Part shown: positions 8,755 to 19,183 of the stretch, one piece after another | Numbering within the stretch: the stretch's first letter is position 1 | Layout: each line of letters starts with the position of its first letter | Source of the DNA: Bacillota bacterium | GTDB lineage: Bacteria > Bacillota > Dethiobacteria > DTU022 | Assembly: GCA_033549065.1 (NCBI GenBank) | Contig: JAWSUE010000001.1 | Location: forward strand, 179,136 to 243,135 | Length of the DNA: 64,000 bases | Direction: 5' to 3' | Position numbers and translations under genes: made by a program | The notes under the pieces: generated by a model | The model's database searches: none | Seen by the model: only the letters and a program-made list of their open reading frames with translations | What the model was told of the DNA's origin: nothing

Positions 8755-9804
8755 TTATACCCTACCTTCCTTCTGAATACTATTCTGCGAAGGCATAGAT
8801 CTATTCATGGCAAGCGCAATCGGTGTTACGGCTTCCAGTAATTTCTCATAGTTTTCAGGGGTCAAAGACTGAGGGCCATCACACAAAGCTTCAGCAGGCT
8901 TGTGATGAACCTCTATCAATAAACCATCAGCTCCAGCTGCAACTGCCGCCTGAGAAAGGGGTGCCGCTAATCGCCAACTACCGCTTGAATGACAGGGATC
9001 TGCGATAACCGGTAGATGACTTAACTCTTTTGCCTGTGGTATTGCGCTGATATCAAGTGTGCTGCGGGTAGACGTTTCAAAAGTTCTAATTCCCCTTTCA
9101 CAAAGTATAACCTGAAAGTTATTTTCGGCAAGAATATACTCAGCTGCCATCAGCCATTCCTCCAGGGTGGCCGCAAGACCTCTTTTTAAAAGGACAGGTT
9201 TATTACTGCGGCCAGCTTCACGAAGCAGAGAGAAGTTTTGCATATTTCTGGCACCGATCTGGAGAATATCTGTATAGCATGCAACCATTTCCACCTCCTG
9301 GGGGTTTAACACTTCGGTAACAATTTTTAGACCGGTCTCCAGCCTGGCAGTTTCCAGCATTTTAAGGCCATCCAATTCCAGTCCCTGAAAACTGTAAGGT
9401 GAAGATCGAGGTTTAAAAGCACCCCCTCTGAGAACCTGGGCGCCTGCTGCTTTCACTAAACGGGCAATCGTTAAAAGTTGTTCTTCATTTTCCACTGCAC
9501 AAGGTCCAGCCATAAATATAAGTTCTTTTCCACCTATTTCGAGATCACCAATCTTGATCACACTATTAGTTTCTTTTGCCTGACGGCTTACCAGTTTGTA
9601 AGGAGCAGTTATCGGCACTACCCGTTCAACGCCAGCTAAAACTTCCAACCCGGTGGGGAATACTACCTTTTGTTCACCTACTGCACCAATTACTACCCTG
9701 CCCACACCTTGTATCCGGTGTGGCGAAAATCCCAATTCAACTAATTTTTCTTCAACATTCTCAACTTCTTTTTGAGCAGCTGACTGTTTCATTACAATAA
9801 TCAT
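8755..9804 (-). CDS. aroF: 3-deoxy-7-phosphoheptulonate (DAHP) synthase, type I-beta, with N-terminal regulatory domain
   Basis: 'GPCAVENEEQLL...LRGGAFKPRSSPYSFQG' DAHPS/KDO8PS-fold motifs. Abuts pheA. Confidence 0.75.
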   Translation of the reverse strand: MIIVMKQSAAQKEVENVEEKLVELGFSPHRIQGVGRVVIGAVGEQKVVFPTGLEVLAGVERVVPITAPYKLVSRQAKETNSVIKIGDLEIGGKELIFMAGPCAVENEEQLLTIARLVKAAGAQVLRGGAFKPRSSPYSFQGLELDGLKMLETARLETGLKIVTEVLNPQEVEMVACYTDILQIGARNMQNFSLLREAGRSNKPVLLKRGLAATLEEWLMAAEYILAENNFQVILCERGIRTFETSTRSTLDISAIPQAKELSHLPVIADPCHSSGSWRLAAPLSQAAVAAGADGLLIEVHHKPAEALCDGPQSLTPENYEKLLEAVTPIALAMNRSMPSQNSIQKEGRV

Positions 9805-9844
9805 TTATTGTTACCCCTTTTTAAAATCTACTGTACTTTTTTCG

Positions 9845-10150
9845 CATCAATATAAATAATAAATAAAAAATCCGCCCTTTAAGGGACGGATTAAAATCCG
9901 CGGTACCACCCAAATTGATGATTATCCACTCAATAAGTACGGGCATAAGATTTAATTCTGCCGATACCCTCTCCCTGTAACGGGGAAGAACCGTTAACAC
10001 CTACTTTGCCTTATGAATATCCGGTTTTCAGTGCAAAACTTCGAAGGGAACTTCAACAAGCAGTTTCCCGGCCGGATTTTCAGCCATTGATCCAACCTCT
10101 CTGGAGAGTTGCTATGCTTGCCTACTTTCCTTCTGCATTGTTTTTTAAAT
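9845..10150 (-). promoter_or_regulatory. T-box riboswitch leader (probably Phe-responsive) upstream of aroF-pheA
   Basis: Minus-strand T-box sequence AAUUUGGGUGGUACCGCGG (9898-9916) is followed by a terminator hairpin AAUCCGUCCC-UUAAA-GGGCGGAUUUUUU (9865-9896). The upstream stem-I-like region contains GAAGUUCCCUUCGAAG with UUC codons. Confidence 0.7.
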
Positions 10151-10175
10151 ATATATTGTGAGTAATCTTAACATA

Positions 10176-10784
10176 TTAATCCTCTGAAGACAACCCCTGG
10201 TTAAAATTATTCATGGCTGTGTCAATACCGTCATTAATGAAGGTTAAAACTGCTTCTGCTGATTGGTCAACAGCACGATCAAATATCTCCTGATCCGGCT
10301 TTTCAATTTGCAGTAAAACGTAATCCGTAACTTCCAAATAATCTGGCGGTTGGCCAATACCGATTCGTAATCTTAAAAACTGATTGGTATCCAGAGAATC
10401 AATTACAGATTGGATTCCTTTATGGCCACCGCTCCCACCCTGCTTACGAATTCTGATCATTCCGGGAGGAAGATCCAGATCATCATAGATCACGAGCATA
10501 TGCTCTAAATCTACCTGTAGATTGCGAAGGAGCTCAAAAACCGCCTTTCCGCTGAGATTCATATAGGTTAGAGGTTGAGCCAGGACAACCTCCTTATTAT
10601 TATAAAAAGCTTTTGCAATAAGTGACCAGTGCTTCTGTTCAGGGTTCCCGGTTTTCAATCGCCGTGACAGGGCTTCAATTACCCGAAATCCTAAATTATG
10701 CCTGCTGCCTGCATATTTACTTCCCGGATTTCCAAGGCCGACAATAAGGTACATAAAACCACCCACTTCAAGGATATCAACCAT
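10176..10784 (-). CDS. pth: Peptidyl-tRNA hydrolase
   Basis: 'LIVGLGNPG..Y..RHN.GF' N-terminus, 202 aa, conserved position after ctc. Confidence 0.85.
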   Translation of the reverse strand: MVDILEVGGFMYLIVGLGNPGSKYAGSRHNLGFRVIEALSRRLKTGNPEQKHWSLIAKAFYNNKEVVLAQPLTYMNLSGKAVFELLRNLQVDLEHMLVIYDDLDLPPGMIRIRKQGGSGGHKGIQSVIDSLDTNQFLRLRIGIGQPPDYLEVTDYVLLQIEKPDQEIFDRAVDQSAEAVLTFINDGIDTAMNNFNQGLSSED

Positions 10785-10843
10785 TTGAAAAAAACAATGC
10801 CCCTCCGAAGAGGGGCATTTCTGAAAAAGACGGCTGTAATAAA

Positions 10844-11527
10844 TTAACTTTCCTCTTCTGTTTCTTCTTCAGCAGGCTCTTCTTCAGTAACTTCTTCTCC
10901 AGCAGCTTCCTCGCCTTCTTCGAGTTCTTCCTCAACTGCCGGTTCAAGTTCTTCTTCCGCCATCGGGGCAAGGACTTGTGCCAGAGTAGTATCAGGAGGC
11001 GTGATCAATTCAAAAGCGCTCCCCAGATTAATACTCTCTGCTGTGATACTGTCGCCAATATTCAAATCTGATATATCAATATCAAATTGTTCAGGAATAT
11101 CTGCGGGCAGACATTTAATGAGAACTTCACGGGTCGGCAGGGAAACAACTCCGCCTTCCGAGACTCCCACCGGTTCACCGGTAAAGTTCAGGTGAACAGC
11201 AACCTCGATCTTATCAGTCATGGAGATACGGATAAAATCAACATGTAAAATCCGATCATGATAGATCATATCTCTTTGAATATCTCTGAACATAACGGTT
11301 TCCTGACGGGTCTTTTTCCCTTTTGCTTTAACAGCGAGGTCAATCAGAACGTTGCTTCCGCCAGTTGTAAGAACCTGTCTTAAAGAACGTCCGTCCAGAA
11401 CCAGGGGAAGGGTGTCGTCGCCCTTACCGTAAATAACCGCCAACACCTTGTCTTCTCCACGCAATTGATGGCGCTGACCCTTGGTCAAAGACGGGCGGGC
11501 TTGTGCTTCTAAAACCATTCTTTCCAT
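10844..11527 (-). CDS. ctc: Ribosomal protein L25 / general stress protein Ctc, with a highly acidic C-terminal tail
   Basis: L25/Ctc fold conservation and the prs-ctc-pth synteny. Tail 'EEELEEGEEAAGEEVTEEEPAEEETEEES'. Confidence 0.75.
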   Translation of the reverse strand: MERMVLEAQARPSLTKGQRHQLRGEDKVLAVIYGKGDDTLPLVLDGRSLRQVLTTGGSNVLIDLAVKAKGKKTRQETVMFRDIQRDMIYHDRILHVDFIRISMTDKIEVAVHLNFTGEPVGVSEGGVVSLPTREVLIKCLPADIPEQFDIDISDLNIGDSITAESINLGSAFELITPPDTTLAQVLAPMAEEELEPAVEEELEEGEEAAGEEVTEEEPAEEETEEES

Positions 11528-11580
11528 TCATTCCAGCCTCCTTCTGCAATAGTATACTTCAGGAAGCGTTTAAGATCAAC

Positions 11581-12534
11581 TCAATCAAAGAGTTCACTGA
11601 CAGAAATTTTATTTTGAATACGCATTATTGCTTCTCCAATTAACGGCGCTACGGATAACTCCTTAAAACAACCACGTAGTCCCTTCAGCAAACCTTTGTC
11701 AACCGGTATAGTATTTGTATAAACTACTTCCGTAATTCTCGAGTCACTCAGGCGTTTCAGGGCGGGTCCTGAGAAAACCGGATGAGTGCAGCAGGCGTAC
11801 ACCTCTCTGGCTCCTTCTTCAAGAAGTGCTTCAGCACCCAGTGTTATTGTACCGGCGGTATCAATCATGTCATCAATAAATATTGCAGTTTTATCCTTAA
11901 CATCACCGATGATATGCATAATTTCCGCTTTATTGGGAGCTGGTCTCTTTTTATCAATAATTGCTATAGGCATCATAAGCCGGTTAGCCAGTTCTCTTGC
12001 CCTGGTAACACCGCCAAGATCCGGTGATACTACAACTCCATTTATAATTTTTTTCTGCTTAATATAATTAGCCAAAATAGGTAGAGCCGTGAGGTGATCG
12101 AGGGGAATATTAAAAAACCCCTGTATCTGGCCTGCATGCAAATCCATTGCTACTACACGGTTTGCCCCGGCGGCAGTTATCAGATCTGCCAACAGCTTTG
12201 CGGTAATAGGATCACGAGCCCTGGTTTTTCGGTCCTGCCGAGCGTAAGCATAATATGGAACGACGGCATTAACTGATTTCACTGAAGCTCTCCTCAGGGC
12301 GTCAATTATGATTAAAAGTTCCATAATGCTTTCATTGATTGGGCTGCTCAAGGGTTGAATTAAAAAGGAGTTGGTACCTCTAACGCTTTCCCTGATACTT
12401 ATCGCAATTTCTCCGTCGCTAAATCTGCTGACTTCACAGTCTCCGAGTGGGACGCCAATATAACAGGCAATTTGCTCCGCCAGGTTCCGGTTAGCGCTGC
12501 CACAGAAAATTTTCAACTCTTCGCCATTTACCAA
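11581..12534 (-). CDS. prs: Ribose-phosphate pyrophosphokinase
   Basis: PRPP-synthetase motifs '[11 protein letters not shown]' and '[10 protein letters not shown]'. Confidence 0.9.
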   Translation of the reverse strand: MVNGEELKIFCGSANRNLAEQIACYIGVPLGDCEVSRFSDGEIAISIRESVRGTNSFLIQPLSSPINESIMELLIIIDALRRASVKSVNAVVPYYAYARQDRKTRARDPITAKLLADLITAAGANRVVAMDLHAGQIQGFFNIPLDHLTALPILANYIKQKKIINGVVVSPDLGGVTRARELANRLMMPIAIIDKKRPAPNKAEIMHIIGDVKDKTAIFIDDMIDTAGTITLGAEALLEEGAREVYACCTHPVFSGPALKRLSDSRITEVVYTNTIPVDKGLLKGLRGCFKELSVAPLIGEAIMRIQNKISVSELFD

Positions 12535-12657
12535 TTTAAACCCTCCTGCTGAGTACTTTGCATGCCAGACAGTGTTTTCTTCTCTTTTTCAATAATTATT
12601 TCCTGCCGTAGAAATCGTAATTTGTCAAATCATTAATATAACAACCCATAGGATTGC

Positions 12658-13650
12658 TTACGAAAGATTTGAAAAGAGATCTATCACAGTATTACTCTTA
12701 ATTATGCTGTTTTCGACTGCGGAGAATCGTATAGCTACACCGTTATGAATTTTAGAGTTTTTCAGGTGAACATTTGGCCCGATAATACATTTATTCCCAA
12801 TTGTTGTGTTCTTTTCAATAACTACATTAGGATAAATAATCGTATCCTGGCCGATAACAACATCATAATCAATGTATACAGAATCCGGGTCGAGCATGGT
12901 TACACCTCCGAGAAGCAGCTTTCGGTTTATCTTTTTTCTCATCAATCTTGTTGCTTCAGCCAACTGCTCGCGATCGTTGATCCCCAATCCAACCCTGCTG
13001 TCTCCTATCTTATATACTCCGACCTTATAACCATCCTTAGACAGCAAGGAAATAACATCGGTTAAATAATATTCCTTCTGAGCGTTATTATTTTTTATTA
13101 AATGGATATAATAATGAAGCAGCTTAAGATCAAAACAGTACATACCGGTATTAATTTCATGTATATCTTTTTCAGGCAGGGCAGCATCTTTTTCCTCGAT
13201 AATTTTTTCTACGAGACCGAAGCGGTTCCGGATAATCCGGCCGTAGCCTGTGGGATTGTCCATCTCTACTGTGGCAACTGCTGCAGCTAAATTTTCTGAC
13301 TGTGCAACAAGGCTTTCCAGATGATTGGCTTCTACCAGGGGGGTATCTCCACATAAAACCAGCAATTTCCCATCATCGGCCATTTCGTTTAATGCCTGTC
13401 TGACAGCATGACCTGTCCCAAGCTGTTTTTCCTGTAAAACAGCTCGCAATTGGCTGCCCAAAACCGGTTTGACAAGCGAAGCGCCGTGACCGATGACAAC
13501 TGTAAGATCTGCTGTCAGGGTTACGGCGCTTTCAATAATATAATCGATCATTGGCCTGCCACAAAGAGGATGTAATACTTTGGGTAGTTTTGATCTCATC
13601 CTCTTGCCTTCTCCGGCAGCCAAGACCACAGCTCTGAGCTTTTCCATCAT
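12658..13650 (-). CDS. glmU: GlmU-like UDP-N-acetylglucosamine pyrophosphorylase, apparently C-terminally truncated (330 aa; the acetyltransferase half of the LbH domain is missing)
   Basis: 'LAAGEGKRMRS..PKVLH' uridyltransferase N-terminus. LbH hexapeptides begin, but the ORF stops about 120 aa short. Only 123 nt remain before prs and they contain no LbH-like ORF in any frame. Confidence 0.7.
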   Translation of the reverse strand: MMEKLRAVVLAAGEGKRMRSKLPKVLHPLCGRPMIDYIIESAVTLTADLTVVIGHGASLVKPVLGSQLRAVLQEKQLGTGHAVRQALNEMADDGKLLVLCGDTPLVEANHLESLVAQSENLAAAVATVEMDNPTGYGRIIRNRFGLVEKIIEEKDAALPEKDIHEINTGMYCFDLKLLHYYIHLIKNNNAQKEYYLTDVISLLSKDGYKVGVYKIGDSRVGLGINDREQLAEATRLMRKKINRKLLLGGVTMLDPDSVYIDYDVVIGQDTIIYPNVVIEKNTTIGNKCIIGPNVHLKNSKIHNGVAIRFSAVENSIIKSNTVIDLFSNLS

Positions 13651-13729
13651 CAGTCCCCCAGATGTTGATTTACCATGCTGTCATTATACTGTAGATGGCC
13701 TTCGAAGAGCAAAAAATCAAAAAAATAAA

Positions 13730-14005
13730 TTATACCTCTGATACAGTGCTCTCCACTTCTCTTGAGTATGCTTCCAAAACCGAATGCTGTATTTCTTCTC
13801 TTGTTTCCGCGTTAATAGGATGCGCAATATCCCGAAACTCCCCATTCGGTGTCCTCTTACTGGGCATAGCAACAAACAAACCACTATTACCCTCAATAAT
13901 CCGTACATCATGAACTACAAATTGATCGTTAAGAGTAATCGAAACAATTGCTCTCATCTTCCCTTCCTGTGTTAACCTCCTGATGCGCACATCGGTAACC
14001 TTCAC
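13730..14005 (-). CDS. spoVG: Septation protein SpoVG
   Basis: '[11 protein letters not shown]...[48 protein letters not shown]' is near-identical to the SpoVG family. Confidence 0.9.
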   Translation of the reverse strand: MKVTDVRIRRLTQEGKMRAIVSITLNDQFVVHDVRIIEGNSGLFVAMPSKRTPNGEFRDIAHPINAETREEIQHSVLEAYSREVESTVSEV

Positions 14006-14351
14006 CCGGTCGTCACTCCTCCCAGCTTGTCTGTAAATAATAATAATTATGATTACTTACTTTTTCATAACTTCGACAACTTAGAGATAAATCCTTCTTG
14101 CATGAGAAATCATTCACTTAATTTACAAAACATATACCCATAACAACAATTAAAATTACTATCCTTATTTGAAGGATTAAATTAACCACGCAGAAATACC
14201 AACCTGCCAAACCCCATAAACAAGAGTAAAATAATATGTTATTATAATATTATAAACAAATTTAAGAGTTTTTCCAATTTATAACTTTACATTTTTTTGA
14301 ACAGCAATGTGCGAAAAAGCGTAGGAGCATCTGGGAAATTAGTAAAAGAGG

Positions 14352-15248
14352 ATGGTAAGAGTGAACCTTTCCGAGTTTGGCTTATTGGTAAAATCATTAC
14401 GTGAGAGCAGTATGGATCCTTATGGTAACCGTTGGACACGTGAAAGCTTAAGCAGAGCGATTCACCTCAGTCCAAACCAGCTGGGTCGGCTGGAGAGAGG
14501 AGACAGGAAATACCTGGATAATCATATTCTTCAGCTATTGGCCGACTGCTTTAATCTTACCGCCCTGGAACGTAAGGAATTCTTATCTGCTGCTGTCGGG
14601 TTAGCAGATGAAGAGCTGTTTAACAAGGAAGAACCGGTGTTACAGCTGCAAAAATTGATGAATACCATCGAAAATCTTCAAATACCTGCTTTTATAATAG
14701 ATGTTTACACTGATATTATAGCTTCCAATCATGCAATGATGAACCTTTTTTTAATTACTCCTGAAGTTTTTGATTACAGAAAAACGCTCCCGGCCGGAGA
14801 TAACCTGCTTAACATAATCTATTCTTCTGAATTCGGCTGCAGGGAAATATTTGGTCCAGGTTGGAGAGATGTAGCCAATATTGAAATATTATTATTCCGC
14901 CGGTCGACATTGCGTTATAGAAATACAGCTTATTTTCAATATCTTTTCAAGGAACTGCTGAAAGAAAAACAGTTCGACATAGACTGGTATTCGAGTCACC
15001 GTGACCTCAAACACTATGACTTGACTTATGAGTTGTTTGATTACTGTCATCCCCGGTACGGACAGTTAAAATATATTGCAACAGAAACAATTATTAATAC
15101 CCGAAAAGGTGACTTATACTCGATATTATATAATCCAATCGATCATGCCACTAAAGAAATTTTTACCGGATTGATCAGCCCTGAAGGCAACAAAGTAATA
15201 CCCGTTGGGGATTGGCCTGAAAAAAAGATGCATAGAAGAGTTCGGTGA
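14352..15248 (+). CDS. XRE-type HTH transcriptional regulator with C-terminal ligand-binding domain (MmyB-like)
   Basis: HTH 'LSRAIHLSPNQLGRLERG' followed by a ~200-aa PAS-like C-terminal domain. The architecture matches MmyB-family regulators; the family assignment is from memory. Confidence 0.5.
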   Translation: MVRVNLSEFGLLVKSLRESSMDPYGNRWTRESLSRAIHLSPNQLGRLERGDRKYLDNHILQLLADCFNLTALERKEFLSAAVGLADEELFNKEEPVLQLQKLMNTIENLQIPAFIIDVYTDIIASNHAMMNLFLITPEVFDYRKTLPAGDNLLNIIYSSEFGCREIFGPGWRDVANIEILLFRRSTLRYRNTAYFQYLFKELLKEKQFDIDWYSSHRDLKHYDLTYELFDYCHPRYGQLKYIATETIINTRKGDLYSILYNPIDHATKEIFTGLISPEGNKVIPVGDWPEKKMHRRVR

Positions 15249-15261
15249 CCAGGATAACTGA

Positions 15262-16041
15262 TTAATTTAACTGGAAAAATTCCGGAGTTGATGACAAAAT
15301 CTCCTTTACCAGGTCAAGGTCACTGGGTTTGTCTACATCAATTCCCACTTCAACACAATCACACTGCACCGCTTTTGCTTTTAAGTACATCAGCTTTGAT
15401 AAATACTTTTCAAGATCTACCAGTGAAAGGGTTTTTAAGAAATACTTGATAATCAGAATCAAGGGCAAAATGCGCATTAATTTAAGTGGTTTTTTACGGT
15501 AAGATACAAACATTTCCAACCGTTTCCGGTTTTTTAGGTACCAGTCAGAACGAACAAGCGCAACATTTCCACCAGTCAGATAGCCCTCTTTTAGCCGTAC
15601 ATATGTCCTGATGTTTTTCGGGTATTTCTCCATACAAGTTTCCCTGGTCAGCACAGGGTAATAGAGATCAGCATCATGAGGAAGACAAAGTTCAATAAAT
15701 CGATCAATTACTTTGCTGGTAATCAGCGGAATGTCACCGGTCACAATTAAACATAAACTATCGCGCTCAATTATTTCAAATCCTGCGGCCAAATTTTCTA
15801 ACATACTCTCCTTTTCTGCAACAATATCAAATTTAAAACCCTTCTGGCGCAGGGTTTCGAGATCTTCAGCCGGTCCTACAACAATAATTTTTTTTACCGA
15901 TTCTGAACTCTCAAGCGCTTCAATAATATAAGCAAGCAAAGTCTTCCTGTAAATTTCAATAAAAGCTTTATTGAAAACCCCTTGCTGTTCGGTCAGCGCA
16001 TCAGACTTTCCGCTGCCTGCCAGCACAATAGCGTTAAACAT
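15262..16041 (-). CDS. Nucleotidyltransferase-family protein (MobA-like NTP transferase domain)
   Basis: N-terminal 'AIVLAGSGKS' NTP-transferase glycine-rich loop. Overlaps the ispE stop by 8 nt. Confidence 0.5.
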   Translation of the reverse strand: MFNAIVLAGSGKSDALTEQQGVFNKAFIEIYRKTLLAYIIEALESSESVKKIIVVGPAEDLETLRQKGFKFDIVAEKESMLENLAAGFEIIERDSLCLIVTGDIPLITSKVIDRFIELCLPHDADLYYPVLTRETCMEKYPKNIRTYVRLKEGYLTGGNVALVRSDWYLKNRKRLEMFVSYRKKPLKLMRILPLILIIKYFLKTLSLVDLEKYLSKLMYLKAKAVQCDCVEVGIDVDKPSDLDLVKEILSSTPEFFQLN

Positions 16042-16927
16042 CTAACCACTCCTCATTGCCAGACATTGTCCAGCATAAATATGCTGAATCTCCTTCCTGG
16101 TTAATTGCATGGGAGACATTACGGGCCAACGAATATTGCTCAAAAAGCATAAATAAAGTAGGTCCGCTTCCTGAAAAAAGAGGCATCAGCCCAAGATTAA
16201 CGAGCCTTCGCTTTAACTGCTGCACTTTATCGAAACCTGGGCCCCTTACAGTTTCCAACGTGTTTGTTTTCCCTGCTTGAAGCCAGTCAAGTATACCTCG
16301 TTTTGATTTATTTCTGATCGCCTCAATCAATGGTATAATAACAGGGTTTCCGAAATTTCTTTGATCCAGGGCACCGTAAGCCTCAGCCGTCAATATTTTT
16401 ATCCCTTTTGGTACAGCCAAAACCACCCAAAAAAATGGTAGAGCAGGAAGCCTTTCAATTATTTCTCCCCTGCCCATTGCCAATGCCGTACCCCCGCCCA
16501 GACAAAAAGTAACGTCGGAACCTAACTGGGATGCTAAGTTATTTAATTCATCTTTACTAAAACCTAAATTCCAGAACCTGTTTAATCCAATTAATGCAGC
16601 GGCTGCATCGCTGCTTCCGCCAGCCAATCCTGCCTCTAAAGGTATATTTTTATAGAGGGTTATTGCTACACCACCGAGTTTTTCCCCTGCTTTCTCCTCC
16701 AGAAGTTGAACAGCTTTAAAAACCAGGTTATCCGGACCGGATAACGCCTGAACTGTACAGCTAAACCTACAATTCTTGTCAGGATACGGCTCAAGTACGA
16801 TTAGATCGGCCAGTGATATCTGCTGCATGACTGACTCCAGTTCATGATAACCATCAGGACGGCGGCTTAGTACATTCAGCCCAAGGTTTATCTTTGCTGA
16901 AGCCCTGATTACCTGTCTAGTTCTCAT
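16034..16927 (-). CDS. ispE: 4-diphosphocytidyl-2-C-methyl-D-erythritol kinase
   Basis: GHMP kinase motifs 'KINLGL' and 'PLEAGLAGGSSDAAA'. Confidence 0.85.
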   Translation of the reverse strand: MRTRQVIRASAKINLGLNVLSRRPDGYHELESVMQQISLADLIVLEPYPDKNCRFSCTVQALSGPDNLVFKAVQLLEEKAGEKLGGVAITLYKNIPLEAGLAGGSSDAAAALIGLNRFWNLGFSKDELNNLASQLGSDVTFCLGGGTALAMGRGEIIERLPALPFFWVVLAVPKGIKILTAEAYGALDQRNFGNPVIIPLIEAIRNKSKRGILDWLQAGKTNTLETVRGPGFDKVQQLKRRLVNLGLMPLFSGSGPTLFMLFEQYSLARNVSHAINQEGDSAYLCWTMSGNEEWLDV

Positions 16928-16929
16928 TT

Positions 16930-17970
16930 TTATTTCACTTTTACCAACCGTTTATTTTCGGTTATTCCAGGAATACGCCCCCGCTTGGCTAAAACTTTAC
17001 CCTTAACTTCTTTTAAATCCATAGTCATATCGATTGCAGGAGCCCTGGAAATATAACTGCCAACACCAAAGGCATCTGCTCCTGCTTCTACCAACAAACT
17101 AATTCTTTCCGGGTTCAAACCTCCTGATACAACGATTTTAACATGTTCATAACCAGCCTGATTCAACCTTGCTCTTGTTTCTTTAACTAATCCGGGGGTT
17201 ACGCCTCCACGTTCTCCGGGAGTATCAAGGCGGATTCCGTCAAGTTTTTTCCCAAGCGCCTCTGCTACTCTCAAAGCCTCTTCAGTTTCGTCTTTAAAGG
17301 TATCAACCAAAATAATCCTTGGAGCATCTTCAGGGACGAACCGGTCATAAGCTGCTGCCAGTTCCACGGTATCTCCCACAATTAGAAATGCAGCATGGGG
17401 GATGGTTCCTACTGGAGTCCTGTTTAAGAGCAGGGCACCAAGAATACAACTGCAGGCATCTGCACCCCCAATAACTGCCGCCCTTTCCATAACAGGAGCG
17501 ACTGCCGGATGCAGATGTCGAGCGCCGTAACAAATTACAGTACACTCACCGGCAGCTTCCTTACAAGTTCTGGCAGCTGTTGCCCAACCACTTGAACTGG
17601 CCAATATCCCTAATAATGGGGTTTCATAAATCCCAAAGTCCCCATACTGCCCTTTGATTCTCAATACTACTTCCTTTTCTTCAATTTCTGCACCTTCAGG
17701 CAGAGCCCATATTTCGAGATTACGGTTACGAAGCAAGTATAGTGACTCATCTATTCCGGCAAGGATACCCGGTCTTGAGGAAAATATTTCAGCAGTTACT
17801 TCTGTGTCGGCAAGCTTCATAGAGCCAAGTAAATCCCTTGTCCGGACAAAGTAAACATCGCTTGTCAGCCCGCATTCAATTTCTGAGGCTGTAGCTGAAA
17901 ATAACCTGTTGTCCACTTCGAGTTTAATTGATGCAATATCCTTCAAGGTAACAAAATCATTTGAGTTCAT
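16930..17970 (-). CDS. Nicotinate phosphoribosyltransferase (short archaeal/class-II type)
   Basis: PRTase type II fold motifs 'VDTFKDE' and 'RLDTPGERGG'. Adjacent to a nicotinamidase gene. Confidence 0.55.
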   Translation of the reverse strand: MNSNDFVTLKDIASIKLEVDNRLFSATASEIECGLTSDVYFVRTRDLLGSMKLADTEVTAEIFSSRPGILAGIDESLYLLRNRNLEIWALPEGAEIEEKEVVLRIKGQYGDFGIYETPLLGILASSSGWATAARTCKEAAGECTVICYGARHLHPAVAPVMERAAVIGGADACSCILGALLLNRTPVGTIPHAAFLIVGDTVELAAAYDRFVPEDAPRIILVDTFKDETEEALRVAEALGKKLDGIRLDTPGERGGVTPGLVKETRARLNQAGYEHVKIVVSGGLNPERISLLVEAGADAFGVGSYISRAPAIDMTMDLKEVKGKVLAKRGRIPGITENKRLVKVK

Positions 17971-17989
17971 AAGATTCCTCCGGGTATCT

Positions 17990-18505
17990 TCAGATAAGAG
18001 TTACTCCCAGCGTTTTTTCCATTTCTCTAAGGGCAAAATTATGTGCGTCGTGATCAAAACTGGCTACAGCCTCAACCGGAACCGTTACCCTGTAGCTCAG
18101 CATGCGGGCCAGAGCAGCAGTGTATAAAATACAAATATTTGTTACGCAACCAACCAGTTCTACATCTGAAACACCATGATCTCTAAGTGTCAAATCAAGG
18201 TCAGTGCCAAAAAAAGCGCTATACCTTCTTTTATGTATTATTTGTTCATTGTCAAGTGGAAGCAGTTCAGAGACTATTTCATCTCCCCCGGATCCTTTCA
18301 AACTGTGTGGGGGAAACATCTCAAACTCACGATCATCATTAAGGTGGCGATCGCATATGTATATTACTAATTTATTTTCTGAACGGTATATATCAATTCT
18401 TTCCTTGACAGCAGGGACAAGTATATCAGCAACCGGGCCTATATATAAAGCTCCTCCAGGATCAATAAAATCATAAATCATATCAATTACCAACAGTGCT
18501 TTCAT
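17990..18505 (-). CDS. pncA: Isochorismatase-family hydrolase, probably nicotinamidase
   Basis: 'ALLVIDMIYDF', a catalytic Cys in 'VELVGCVTNICI', and a PRTase neighbour. Confidence 0.6.
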   Translation of the reverse strand: MKALLVIDMIYDFIDPGGALYIGPVADILVPAVKERIDIYRSENKLVIYICDRHLNDDREFEMFPPHSLKGSGGDEIVSELLPLDNEQIIHKRRYSAFFGTDLDLTLRDHGVSDVELVGCVTNICILYTAALARMLSYRVTVPVEAVASFDHDAHNFALREMEKTLGVTLI

Positions 18506-18647
18506 CTGTCTACCTCCTTCGCATCAATCACTAATTGTCAGCCCTATTTTTCGCTATTCTACAAAAGCATTTATAATCCTGCCCATATGGCTTCCGGTAC
18601 TCGCTTACTTGTATTCATAGAAAGCTTTACCTGTCTTTTTTAACAAA

Positions 18648-18677
18648 ATAAAACCGGATCTTTAAATGACCCGGTTT
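18648..18677 (-). terminator. Terminator hairpin downstream of veg
   Basis: AAACCGG-N13-CCGGTTT followed by a U-rich run on the minus strand. Confidence 0.45.
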
Positions 18678-18764
18678 AAATTTAACTCATCCTTGTGGAG
18701 GCACCCTATATCCATTTTCTTTCTGCGGACTGGGCAGTTGATCATAATTTCTCCTGCTTATAAA

Positions 18765-19031
18765 CTACAATCCCACTGATCGCCTCATGCTTCCTTCACC
18801 AAAACTCAGTTCCACAGTTTCGGTAAGTACATCTGCGTAACTGAAAGAAAGCCTTTGATAATAATTGTTCTCATCTACTCTTACAATAAAGATTGAAGGG
18901 TAGATACTTTCTAACACACCTTCTTTTTCATACGTCTTACGACGACCGCGGTTGGCGCGAAGCTTGATCTTTTCACCAAGGTGTGATTCCAGCTTTTTGC
19001 GGATTTCAAATAGGACATCTTTAGCCACCAT
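18765..19031 (-). CDS. veg: Veg protein (biofilm-stimulating small protein)
   Basis: '...LRANRGRRKTYEKEGVLESIYPSIFIV...SFSYADVLTETVEL' matches the Veg family. Conserved position near ksgA. Confidence 0.8.
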   Translation of the reverse strand: MVAKDVLFEIRKKLESHLGEKIKLRANRGRRKTYEKEGVLESIYPSIFIVRVDENNYYQRLSFSYADVLTETVELSFGEGSMRRSVGL

Positions 19032-19183
19032 TTAAAACCACCTTATAAGTATTCTAATCGTAATTATAACATAATTTCAGACAATTAGTCAAGAAAGACC
19101 AAGTTAAAGGACGTAAGCAAAAGAAGGCGGGTAATAAACCGTGGATCAGAATGGAAATAAGCCTCAATAGGCCATACTATCCC

